Positions 41,896 to 49,568 of a stretch of DNA of 49,568 nucleotides are shown here, piece after piece. Positions within the stretch are counted from its first letter, which is position 1; every line of letters starts with the position of its first letter. Below the pieces are notes generated by a model that did no database searches, had not been told where the DNA came from, and saw only the letters and a list, made by a program, of their open reading frames with translations. The stretch lies in the sequence record DRR723986_5783; one strand, 5' to 3'. The translations under genes were made by a program, and so were the position numbers.

Positions 41896-43044
41896 TTGCC
41901 CGCGCCGCAGAAAACGCCCGTTATCCGGCAGGCCGCCGCTGGCGACCTGGAGGAGCTGTTGCGCCTCGAGCAAACCTGCTTTGCCACCGACCGCCTCAGT
42001 CGGCGAAGCTTTCGGCGCTGGCTGGTGCAACAGGAAGCCGTGTTCCTGGTTACCGATACCGGGGATGCACTGGGTGCTTACATACTTGTGAGCCTGCGGC
42101 GTGGTACCCGCCTGGCGCGGCTATACTCGCTGGCGGTTGATCCCGGCATGCGCGGGCAGGGTCTCGCTGCTTCGCTTATCCGGCAAGCCGAAGTTTTGGC
42201 GCGTCGCAAGGGCGCGTTGTATATGCGCCTGGAAGTGGCCAGTGGCAATAGCCGGGCGATACATACCTATGAGAAAGCGGGCTATAAAGCCTTCGGCCTG
42301 TACCGGGATTACTACGAGGATCACGGCGATGCCGTGCGCATGGAGAAGTGCATCCATGACTTCCAGCCCGGCGGTGCCGAGCGCGTCATTCCCTGGCTCG
42401 CCCAGAGCACTGAATTCACCTGCGGCCCAGCCTCGCTGATGATGGCGATGACCGCTCTCAACCCGCGTTACGAGGCCAGCCATCGGGAGGAGATCCGCAT
42501 CTGGCGCGAGTCCACAACCGTATTCATGACCTCGGGTCATGGCGGCTGCCATCCCCTGGGCCTTGCACTGTCTGCCACCCGGCGCGGTTTCCGGGGCGAA
42601 GTCTGGATCAGTCAGGAAGGCCCCCTGTTCCTTGAGGGCGTCCGCGATCTGGTCAAGAAGCGGGTGATGCAGGAGGTGCACGAGGCCTTTGTGGAGGATG
42701 CCCGGGAAGTATCGATCCCGGTGCATTACGAGATGCTCGACCAGCAAGCCCTGGTCGACCTGTTCGCCGCAGGCGCCAATATTCTGATCCTGATCTCCAC
42801 CTACAGGATGAACCAGAAGAAAGCGCCGCACTGGGTGGTGGTCAGCGGCTTCGATGACAGCTGCCTCTACGTGCACGACCCCGACTTCAAGGTAGACGCG
42901 GTGACAGATATCGTGGGCGAGGCACGAGTCGCAATGGATTGTCAGCACCTGCCAATCGCAAGAGAAGATTTTCAGGCCATGCGTCGCTACGGCGGCAGCC
43001 GCCTGCAGGCAGCGGTGGTCTTGCATCCGGGAGTCAGGCGTTAG
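41896..43044 (+). CDS. RimI-like GNAT acetyltransferase fused to a C39-like (DUF3335-type) papain-fold peptidase
   Basis: LYSLAVDP..RGQGLA and N..A...YEK.GY (GNAT); QSTEFTCGPA (Cys), PHWVVVSGFD...VHDP (His/Asp); TTG start proposed 7 nt after AGGAG (41884-41888). Confidence 0.82.
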   Translation: MPAPQKTPVIRQAAAGDLEELLRLEQTCFATDRLSRRSFRRWLVQQEAVFLVTDTGDALGAYILVSLRRGTRLARLYSLAVDPGMRGQGLAASLIRQAEVLARRKGALYMRLEVASGNSRAIHTYEKAGYKAFGLYRDYYEDHGDAVRMEKCIHDFQPGGAERVIPWLAQSTEFTCGPASLMMAMTALNPRYEASHREEIRIWRESTTVFMTSGHGGCHPLGLALSATRRGFRGEVWISQEGPLFLEGVRDLVKKRVMQEVHEAFVEDAREVSIPVHYEMLDQQALVDLFAAGANILILISTYRMNQKKAPHWVVVSGFDDSCLYVHDPDFKVDAVTDIVGEARVAMDCQHLPIAREDFQAMRRYGGSRLQAAVVLHPGVRR

Positions 43045-44330
43045 TGGCCCAGAACAATGAACAGTACCTGCTCACCGTCCGTGAGCTGTCCGATCGCCTG
43101 GTCGAGGCCCAGCGCCCGATCCGTATACTCGACGCGATCAAGTGGAACGGCTCGGTCAAAGCCGCGTTCTTTGCCAGCGGTTGCCGGGTGCTGCCGGCGA
43201 TAGATGCCGGCTTTTATGCTCGCAACAACCCGTTGGACTTCGACCCGGCAGCCAAGCGCGTGGAACTGCATGACATAGAGCGGGATATCTCGCGTCATCT
43301 CGGCCAGCTGAATCCGCTATCCGCTGTGATGCGACGTATCTGCCGGGAGTATTCCACGGTAGTGAGCTTGCTGGAGTCGCGCGGCACCAGTGAGTTCAGT
43401 ATGTACTCCCAGGACCTCTATGGATCCGCCTCCGACGTTTTTCATGCCGGCGACCCGACGCTTGCCGATCTTGGCACACAGATGGAGGTGACCCTGATCA
43501 ACCTGCTGCGCAACGCGTCCATGGTTGAGGCTCCCAAGGATATTCCGGCCGAAACCGCGGTGGCGATGCTCAATGACCGCCTGCTCACGGTGTTCCCGGA
43601 TGCCGGCATCCGGGTGCTGCTCAACGACCAGATGACGGCGGATGCCGCGGCGGGCTCTGATTACCTGAAGATACGCAGCGATGCGATGTTCAATGCCCTG
43701 GACATTGATGTGCTGGAGGTACACGAGGGCTGGGTGCATCTCGGTACCACACTGAACGGGGCTTCCCAGCCCTGGTGCACCTTTCTTGGCAAGGGGCCGC
43801 CTTCGTCGACTACCACCCAGGAGGGATTGGCGGTACTCACTGAAATCCTGACCCTCCGTTCCAGTCCATCGCGGCTGTATCGTCTGGTCAACCGGGTGCG
43901 GGCGGTGACCCTCGCGGAGCAGGGGGCCAATTTCGTCGAGGTGTTTGACTACCTGCGCGGCAACAACCTGTCAGATGACGACAGCTATAGCATCGCGGTA
44001 CGGGTGTTTCGCGGCAGTACACCGGATGGCAGACCCTTCACCAAGGATCTGGCCTATATGCGGGGCTTTGTGCAGACCTACAATTTCCTGCGCCTGGCGA
44101 TCAGCGAAGGCAAGCTGGAAAGCCTCCCGGTACTGCTATGCGGCAAGATTACCCTGGAGGATGTGAAAACCTACCGACTGCTGATGGAGGAAGGTGTTGT
44201 GGAGCCACCCCGGTTCATGCCGCCACATTTTGCGGACCTGAAGGGGCTGGCATCCTGGATGAGTTTCTCGCGGTTTATTGCCAACCTGAGCTTCGAGCAG
44301 TTGCAGGCGGATTACAGCGCGCTGCTGTAA
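43044..44330 (+). CDS. QEGLA-motif / DUF1704 zinc metallopeptidase (MATCAP-like)
   Basis: HEGWVH (HExxxH; 43722-43739), TTQEGLA (QEGLA at 43818-43832), RVFRG, FTKDLAY..G; GTG start overlaps the upstream TAG. Confidence 0.82.
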   Translation: MAQNNEQYLLTVRELSDRLVEAQRPIRILDAIKWNGSVKAAFFASGCRVLPAIDAGFYARNNPLDFDPAAKRVELHDIERDISRHLGQLNPLSAVMRRICREYSTVVSLLESRGTSEFSMYSQDLYGSASDVFHAGDPTLADLGTQMEVTLINLLRNASMVEAPKDIPAETAVAMLNDRLLTVFPDAGIRVLLNDQMTADAAAGSDYLKIRSDAMFNALDIDVLEVHEGWVHLGTTLNGASQPWCTFLGKGPPSSTTTQEGLAVLTEILTLRSSPSRLYRLVNRVRAVTLAEQGANFVEVFDYLRGNNLSDDDSYSIAVRVFRGSTPDGRPFTKDLAYMRGFVQTYNFLRLAISEGKLESLPVLLCGKITLEDVKTYRLLMEEGVVEPPRFMPPHFADLKGLASWMSFSRFIANLSFEQLQADYSALL

Positions 44331-44344
44331 CCCGCCCTGGCTGA

Positions 44345-45817
44345 TCAGACAATACGCTTCATCGCGGTCATGTAACCACGCAAGGTCTTGCCAACGACCT
44401 CGACCGGGTGCGAGCGAATGGCGTCGTTGATCGCGATCAGTTCCTGGTTGTCCACACCGTTATCGCCGGCGATCCCCTTGCCGATGACGTCGGTATCGAC
44501 TTTCGACATGAAATCGGCGAGCAGCGGGCGACAGGCGTGGTCGAACAGGTAGCAGCCGTATTCCGCCGTATCCGAGATCACCACGTTCATTTCATACAGC
44601 TTTTTGCGGGCGATGGTGTTGGCGATCAGCGGAGTTTCATGCAGGGACTCGTAATAAGCCGACTCGTCCTTGATGCCTGCGGCGACCATGGTATCGAACG
44701 CCAATTCCACCCCGGCTTTCACCATGGCGACCATCAGGATGCCGTGGTCGTAGTAGGCCTGTTCGCTGATGTCAGCATCGGTGTTGCTGGCGGTTTCGAA
44801 AGCGGTTTCAGCGGTTGCCGCGCGCCAGGTCAGCAGGTTTTTGTCGTCGTTGGCCCAGTCTTCCATCATGGTGCGGGAGAAGTGCCCTGACATGATGTCA
44901 TCCTGGTGCTTCTCGTAGAGCGGGCGCATGATGTCCTTCAGTTCTTCGGCGAGGTAGTAGGCGCGAACCTTGGCCGGGTTGCTGAGCCGGTCCATCATGT
45001 TGGTGATGCCGCCGTGCTTCAGGCCCTCGGTGACCGTTTCCCAACCGTACTGGATGAGCTTGGATGCGTAGCCGGGCTCGATGCCTTTCTCAACCATTTT
45101 GTCGAAGCACAGCAGTGAGCCGGTCTGCAGCATGCCGCAGAGGATGGTCTGCTCGCCCATCAGGTCGGACTTCACCTCGGCGATGGGGGAGGATTCGAGT
45201 ACCCCGGCCCGATCGCCACCGGTGCCGGAGGCCAGGGCCTTGGCGATTTTCATACCCTCACCTTTCGGATCGTTTTCACGGTGTACCGCAATCAGGGTCG
45301 GTACACCGAAGCCGCGCTTGTACTCCTCGCGAACCTCGGTGCCCGGGCATTTGGGGCACATCATCACAACGGTGATGTCGGGGCGGATCTGCATGCCTTC
45401 CTCGACCAGGTTGAAACCGTGGGCGTAGTCCAGGCAGGCGCCTTCTTTCATCAGCGGCATTATCGCGTTGACCACGCTGGTGTGCTGCTTATCCGGCGTG
45501 AGGTTCATCACTACATCGGCCTGTGGAACCAATTCTTCATAGGTACCCACGGTGAAGCCGTTCTCGGTCGCGTTTTTCCAGGACTGGCGTTGCTCGGCGA
45601 TCGCAGACTCGCGCAGGGCGTAGGACACATCCAGGCCGGAATCGCGCAGGTTCAGGCCCTGGTTCAGGCCCTGTGCGCCGCAGCCGACGATGACCAGTTT
45701 CTTGCCTTTCAGGTAGTCGCAGCCGTCGGTGAATTCCTCGCGGTGCATGAAGCGGCATTTGCCGAGTTCTTCCAGTTGCAGGCGAAGCGGCAGGGTATTG
45801 AAGTAGTTCTGGCCCAT
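44345..45817 (-). CDS. ilvC: Ketol-acid reductoisomerase, long (class II, 490 aa) form
   Basis: [49 protein letters not shown]; duplicated knot domain. Confidence 0.96.
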   Translation of the reverse strand: MGQNYFNTLPLRLQLEELGKCRFMHREEFTDGCDYLKGKKLVIVGCGAQGLNQGLNLRDSGLDVSYALRESAIAEQRQSWKNATENGFTVGTYEELVPQADVVMNLTPDKQHTSVVNAIMPLMKEGACLDYAHGFNLVEEGMQIRPDITVVMMCPKCPGTEVREEYKRGFGVPTLIAVHRENDPKGEGMKIAKALASGTGGDRAGVLESSPIAEVKSDLMGEQTILCGMLQTGSLLCFDKMVEKGIEPGYASKLIQYGWETVTEGLKHGGITNMMDRLSNPAKVRAYYLAEELKDIMRPLYEKHQDDIMSGHFSRTMMEDWANDDKNLLTWRAATAETAFETASNTDADISEQAYYDHGILMVAMVKAGVELAFDTMVAAGIKDESAYYESLHETPLIANTIARKKLYEMNVVISDTAEYGCYLFDHACRPLLADFMSKVDTDVIGKGIAGDNGVDNQELIAINDAIRSHPVEVVGKTLRGYMTAMKRIV

Positions 45818-45869
45818 GGTGATTCCTCGTTGGGTTTTTAAAGAAGCGCGATGCTACGCGACTTATTTA

Positions 45870-45917
45870 ATTGCGTAAAACGCTATATAATTAAAACTGT
45901 ATTGCGTTTAGAGCAAA
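45870..45917. promoter_or_regulatory. Tandem IlvY operators in the ilvC/ilvY divergent promoter
   Basis: Two imperfect dyads 31 bp apart: ATTGCG-N5-CGCTAT (45870-45886) and ATTGCG-N5-AGCAAA (45901-45917), resembling E. coli IlvY TTGC-N7-GCAA sites. Confidence 0.7.
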
Positions 45918-45921
45918 TAAG

Positions 45922-46827
45922 ATGGACCTTCGTGCACTGGAAGTCTTTCTCGATGTCGCGGAAACGCTGAACTTCAGCCGTAGCGCCGAGCGGCTGCATC
46001 TCAGTGTTTCGGCGGTCAGTCGTACCATTCAACGGCTGGAGAGCGACGTCGGGCAACCCTTGTTGGTACGTGACCGGCGGACGGTGCAACTGACTGGTGC
46101 CGGCGGAGCGTTCCGCGAGTACGCGCGAGCAGCCGTGGCCGACTGGCGGCAGCTCAGGCGCCGTTTGCGCAGCGATCGTGAGCTCGTTGGTGAGCTCAGT
46201 CTGTACGGCTCGGTAACCGCCAGCTACCGCGTGCTGACGCCTATCCTCGAACGCTTCCGGACCTTGCACCCGGCGGTGGATCTCATGTTGCAGACCGGTG
46301 ACCAGGCCGAAGGTATCGACCGGGTACTCGCCGGTGAAAACGACATGTCCGTCAGCAGTCGCCCGGAGCAGCTCTCCGATCGTCTCCAGTTCCTGCCCTT
46401 ACTGGAGTCCCCCCTGAGAATCTGTGTGCCCGCGGTGGATTGTGCAGTCAGGCGCCAGGTGCTGGATCTGCGCCCTGCGGACAGTGCGGCCTGGTCATCG
46501 ATTCCCTTCATTTTTCCGGAGCGCGGTGTCACCCGTGACATATTGTCAGCCTGGCTTTTGGAGCGGGAGCTGCGCCCGAGGGTTTACGCACAGGTGGCAG
46601 GTCATGAGGCGATCGTTGCCATGGTTGCCCTGGGTCTTGGGGTTGGGATTGCGCCGGAGCTGGTCGTCGATGCCAGTGGCATGCGTGACCGGGTGGACTA
46701 TCTGCCCCTCGATACGCCCCTGAGCATGCTATCGGTCGGGCTCTGCTGCCTGCGCTCGCGGCTGGAGGACTCAGTGCTGACGGCGTTCTGGGACAGCGCG
46801 CGGCAGGCTTACTCGGCGGGTGTTTGA
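45922..46827 (+). CDS. ilvY: LysR-family activator IlvY
   Basis: LysR HTH; GELSLYGSVTASY, TGD.A, YAQVAGHEAIVAMVALG.GVG..P; divergent from ilvC. Confidence 0.92.
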   Translation: MDLRALEVFLDVAETLNFSRSAERLHLSVSAVSRTIQRLESDVGQPLLVRDRRTVQLTGAGGAFREYARAAVADWRQLRRRLRSDRELVGELSLYGSVTASYRVLTPILERFRTLHPAVDLMLQTGDQAEGIDRVLAGENDMSVSSRPEQLSDRLQFLPLLESPLRICVPAVDCAVRRQVLDLRPADSAAWSSIPFIFPERGVTRDILSAWLLERELRPRVYAQVAGHEAIVAMVALGLGVGIAPELVVDASGMRDRVDYLPLDTPLSMLSVGLCCLRSRLEDSVLTAFWDSARQAYSAGV

Positions 46828-46848
46828 TATGATGGCCGCCGGGCCAGA

Positions 46849-47703
46849 GTGAGTAATCCCATGGAAGACAAAGAACAGGCGAAAGAATCGGCGGGTGAGC
46901 AGCAGGCCAGCGTCAGCCCGTCATTGGACCTGCTGGTGGACGAGCATGAAGAGGAAGTGTCCGAAAACGGTCGCACGGTGCGTCGGCAGGGGGTCTACCT
47001 GCTACCGAATCTGTTCACTACTGGCGCGTTGTTCTGTGGCTTCTACGCCATCATCGCGGCAATGCGGGGTCACTTTGAACCGGCCGCGATTGCCATATTT
47101 TTCGCCATGGCCTTTGACGGTCTCGATGGCCGGGTGGCCAGGCTGACCAACACCTCGAGCAAGTTTGGCGCCGAATACGACAGCCTTTCAGACATGGTTT
47201 CCTTTGGCGTTGCGCCGGCACTGGTTATCTTCAGCTGGGCTCTGGGGGATCTGGGTAAGTTCGGCTGGAGTGCTGCCTTTATTTACGTCGCCTGCGCTGC
47301 GCTGCGTCTGGCGAGGTTCAACACCCAGATCGATACCGCGGACAAGAACTACTTCACCGGGCTGGCGAGCCCATCGGCAGCTGGGGTGATCGCCAGCACG
47401 GTCTGGATGTGTCATGACCTGGGACTGCTTGGGGCCGCGGTGCCCCGAGAACTGGCGATCGCAGTCGCGGTACTGACCGCGACCGTGGGCTTCCTGATGG
47501 TGGCGAACTTTCCCTATTACAGCTTCAAGGGGATCGATTTCCGTGGCCGGGTGCCCTTCGTCGTGATCTTCCTGGTCGTGCTGCTGTTTGGCCTGGTCAC
47601 TGTGGATCCGCCCACGGTTTTCCTGCTCACCTTCCTGGGCTATGCCGTTTCGGGCCCGATCATGGCACTGCGCCGCTGGCGCACTGGATCGGCCGCAAAG
47701 TAA
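46849..47703 (+). CDS. pssA: CDP-diacylglycerol--serine O-phosphatidyltransferase (type II)
   Basis: [17 protein letters not shown]...[17 protein letters not shown]. Confidence 0.93.
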   Translation: MSNPMEDKEQAKESAGEQQASVSPSLDLLVDEHEEEVSENGRTVRRQGVYLLPNLFTTGALFCGFYAIIAAMRGHFEPAAIAIFFAMAFDGLDGRVARLTNTSSKFGAEYDSLSDMVSFGVAPALVIFSWALGDLGKFGWSAAFIYVACAALRLARFNTQIDTADKNYFTGLASPSAAGVIASTVWMCHDLGLLGAAVPRELAIAVAVLTATVGFLMVANFPYYSFKGIDFRGRVPFVVIFLVVLLFGLVTVDPPTVFLLTFLGYAVSGPIMALRRWRTGSAAK

Positions 47704-47786
47704 TACCCCACAGCGCTATTTGCGTAGTAAAAGGAACCATTACCCCGGGTAGAACTCTCAACAGGGGAAGTGCCAAGGATTACGTC

Positions 47787-48761
47787 ATGCGCAAACGTTT
47801 CAAACTCCCCCATATCGCGTCCTCCGAAATCACCTCGGAGACAGCCTACCTGAACCGCCGAGAATTGATGAAGGCTGCGGGTCTGGCAGCCCTGCCGTCA
47901 CTTGCTGCCTGCTCGGGGGCTTCCACGGCAGCCCCCCGGGCGCTGGAGTTCACCCCGGCGGTGCCGGGTGAGTCCGGCTTTTATACCGACGAGGCGAAAA
48001 CCCCGCTGGACGATGTAAAGGCCTACTGCAATTTTTATGAGTTCGGCACCGACAAGGGTGACCCGGCGCGTTACGCGGGGGAGATGAGCACAGACCCCTG
48101 GTCGGTGGAAGTTACCGGGCTGGTGAATAAACCCGGCAAGCTGCACCTTGAAGACATTCTTGGTGGCTTCGACCTGGAGGAGCGCATCTATCGTTTCCGG
48201 TGTGTTGAGGCCTGGTCCATGGTCGTCCCCTGGATTGGCTTTCCGCTCTCGGCTTTGCTCGAACGCTTCGAGCCGACCAGCGATGCGAAGTTCGTTGAGT
48301 TTCGCACCCTTTACCGGCGCTCGGAGATGCGCGGGACCCGTTCGTTTACCAGTATTATCGACTGGCCCTATCGTGAGGGCCTGCGGATGGACGAGGCGAT
48401 GCATCCACTGACCCTGCTGTCGGTGGGAATGTACGGGCAAACCCTGCCCAACCAGAACGGCGCGCCGATCCGCCTCGTAGTGCCCTGGAAGTATGGGTTC
48501 AAGAGTATCAAGTCCATCGTCCAGATTCGTCTTACCGACCGGCAGCCCGCGACCTCATGGCAGCAGTTGGCGGCCCAGGAGTATGGCTTCTATTCCAATG
48601 TAAACCCGGAAGTCGATCATCCGCGCTGGAGCCAGAAGTTTGAACGCCGGCTGCCGTCAACCCTGTTCCAGCCGAACCGGATGCCCACCCGCAAGTTCAA
48701 TGGTTACGAGGAGCAGGTGGGCGAGCTCTACACGGGTATGGACCTGTCCCGGTATTACTAG
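47787..48761 (+). CDS. msrP: Protein-methionine-sulfoxide reductase catalytic subunit
   Basis: Tat [56 protein letters not shown]. Confidence 0.95.
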   Translation: MRKRFKLPHIASSEITSETAYLNRRELMKAAGLAALPSLAACSGASTAAPRALEFTPAVPGESGFYTDEAKTPLDDVKAYCNFYEFGTDKGDPARYAGEMSTDPWSVEVTGLVNKPGKLHLEDILGGFDLEERIYRFRCVEAWSMVVPWIGFPLSALLERFEPTSDAKFVEFRTLYRRSEMRGTRSFTSIIDWPYREGLRMDEAMHPLTLLSVGMYGQTLPNQNGAPIRLVVPWKYGFKSIKSIVQIRLTDRQPATSWQQLAAQEYGFYSNVNPEVDHPRWSQKFERRLPSTLFQPNRMPTRKFNGYEEQVGELYTGMDLSRYY

Positions 48762-48762
48762 A

Positions 48763-49368
48763 ATGAAGGAAGGCGCGATCCGGGCCGGGGTGTTCGCTAT
48801 CTGCCTGCTGCCATTCCTGGTGCTGGCCTATGCCGCGCTGGCCAACACCCTGGGGCCGGACCCTGCCGAAGCGATTATGCATCAGTCGGGTGAGTGGTCC
48901 CTCAGGCTGCTGGCGATAACCCTGCTGGTGTCACCGCTGCGTCAGCTGACCGGCTGGGGCAGGCCGCTGCGCTATCGTCGGATGCTGGGCCTCTTTGCCT
49001 TCTTCTATGTTTGCATCCACCTGATGAGCTTCGGCCAGTTCTATGTGGGTTGGGATGCGGCGATCCTGGTTGAGGAACTGGCGGAACGTCCTTACATCAC
49101 CGCTGGCTTTGCCGCCTGGCTGATGATGGTGCCACTGACCATAACGTCCACACGGAACTGGCAGCGGCGACTTGGACGTCGCTGGTCTGCGCTGCACCGG
49201 CTTATCTACCCGGCGGCGCTGGCCGCCTGCCTTCACCTGCTGTGGCAGGCACGCTCCGATGTTGGGGAAGCACTGGTCTACATTGCCCTGTTTGCAGCCC
49301 TGTTGGGGTGGCGCCTCTGGCGCCGGGTGAAAGGTCGCCGAGCCAGCGCGGCGCAAGCCGGTGTGTGA
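48763..49368 (+). CDS. msrQ: Protein-methionine-sulfoxide reductase heme-binding subunit
   Basis: G.DP...G.W, RRMLGL.AF.Y..IH, RPYIT.G, W..LHRLIY. Confidence 0.92.
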   Translation: MKEGAIRAGVFAICLLPFLVLAYAALANTLGPDPAEAIMHQSGEWSLRLLAITLLVSPLRQLTGWGRPLRYRRMLGLFAFFYVCIHLMSFGQFYVGWDAAILVEELAERPYITAGFAAWLMMVPLTITSTRNWQRRLGRRWSALHRLIYPAALAACLHLLWQARSDVGEALVYIALFAALLGWRLWRRVKGRRASAAQAGV

Positions 49369-49455
49369 TCGACGGTAACTGCCTGATTTAACCGGGAATT
49401 CAACACCGAATTGATCACTTTTCAGGCGCTTTTGACGGCCCTGCAGAAATCCCTG

Positions 49456-49568
49456 AAATATTTTTACAAAAGCCCTTGCAGGGGCAGGTCCCATGCGTAT
49501 AATGCGCGTCCTCGGTCAGGGGTTGCCCCTCACCGAATCCCGCATCCTGGCGATACGGGCGATGTTTA
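49456..49568 (+). promoter_or_regulatory. Probable rRNA-operon promoter and start of leader
   Basis: A/T-rich UP-like tract (49456-49471), TTGCAG (49476-49481), 16-nt spacer, TATAAT (49498-49503), GC-rich discriminator GCGCGTC, hairpin 49512-49536, boxA-like GATGTTTA at the window end. Confidence 0.7.

Noticed and set aside
1-49568. CRISPR arrays, tRNAs, IS/integrases, prophage or anti-phage genes
   Set aside because: No regularly spaced repeats, cloverleafs, or transposase, integrase or defence motifs were recognised by eye

Overview
GC-rich gammaproteobacterial chromosome segment with no phage, IS or CRISPR detected. Gene content and synteny resemble Pseudomonas and Cellvibrionales. An OM60/NOR5 (Halieaceae-like) source is my inference, not established. 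Core genes: fum(3' end)-sbcB-pyrB-nudF-murJ-ribF-ileS-lspA-fkpB-ispH, pilR/pilS, nadE, bamD, rluD-pgeF, clpB, ilvIH, ilvC/ilvY and pssA-msrPQ. The window ends in a probable rRNA operon promoter/leader. Accessory content: (i) two complete, dissimilar type IVa minor-pilin/PilY1 operons on either side of clpB, plus an orphan GRxR-motif FimT; (ii) a Cys-rich repeat insertion in PilY1-1; (iii) a three-gene cassette between ilvH and ilvC: RLAN/RimK-like ATP-grasp ligase, GNAT-papain-like peptidase fusion and QEGLA/DUF1704 HExxxH metallopeptidase, which is the best candidate for an uncharacterised peptide write/cap/erase system; (iv) a long structured ilvI leader. All calls come from recognising motifs by eye; no searches were run.
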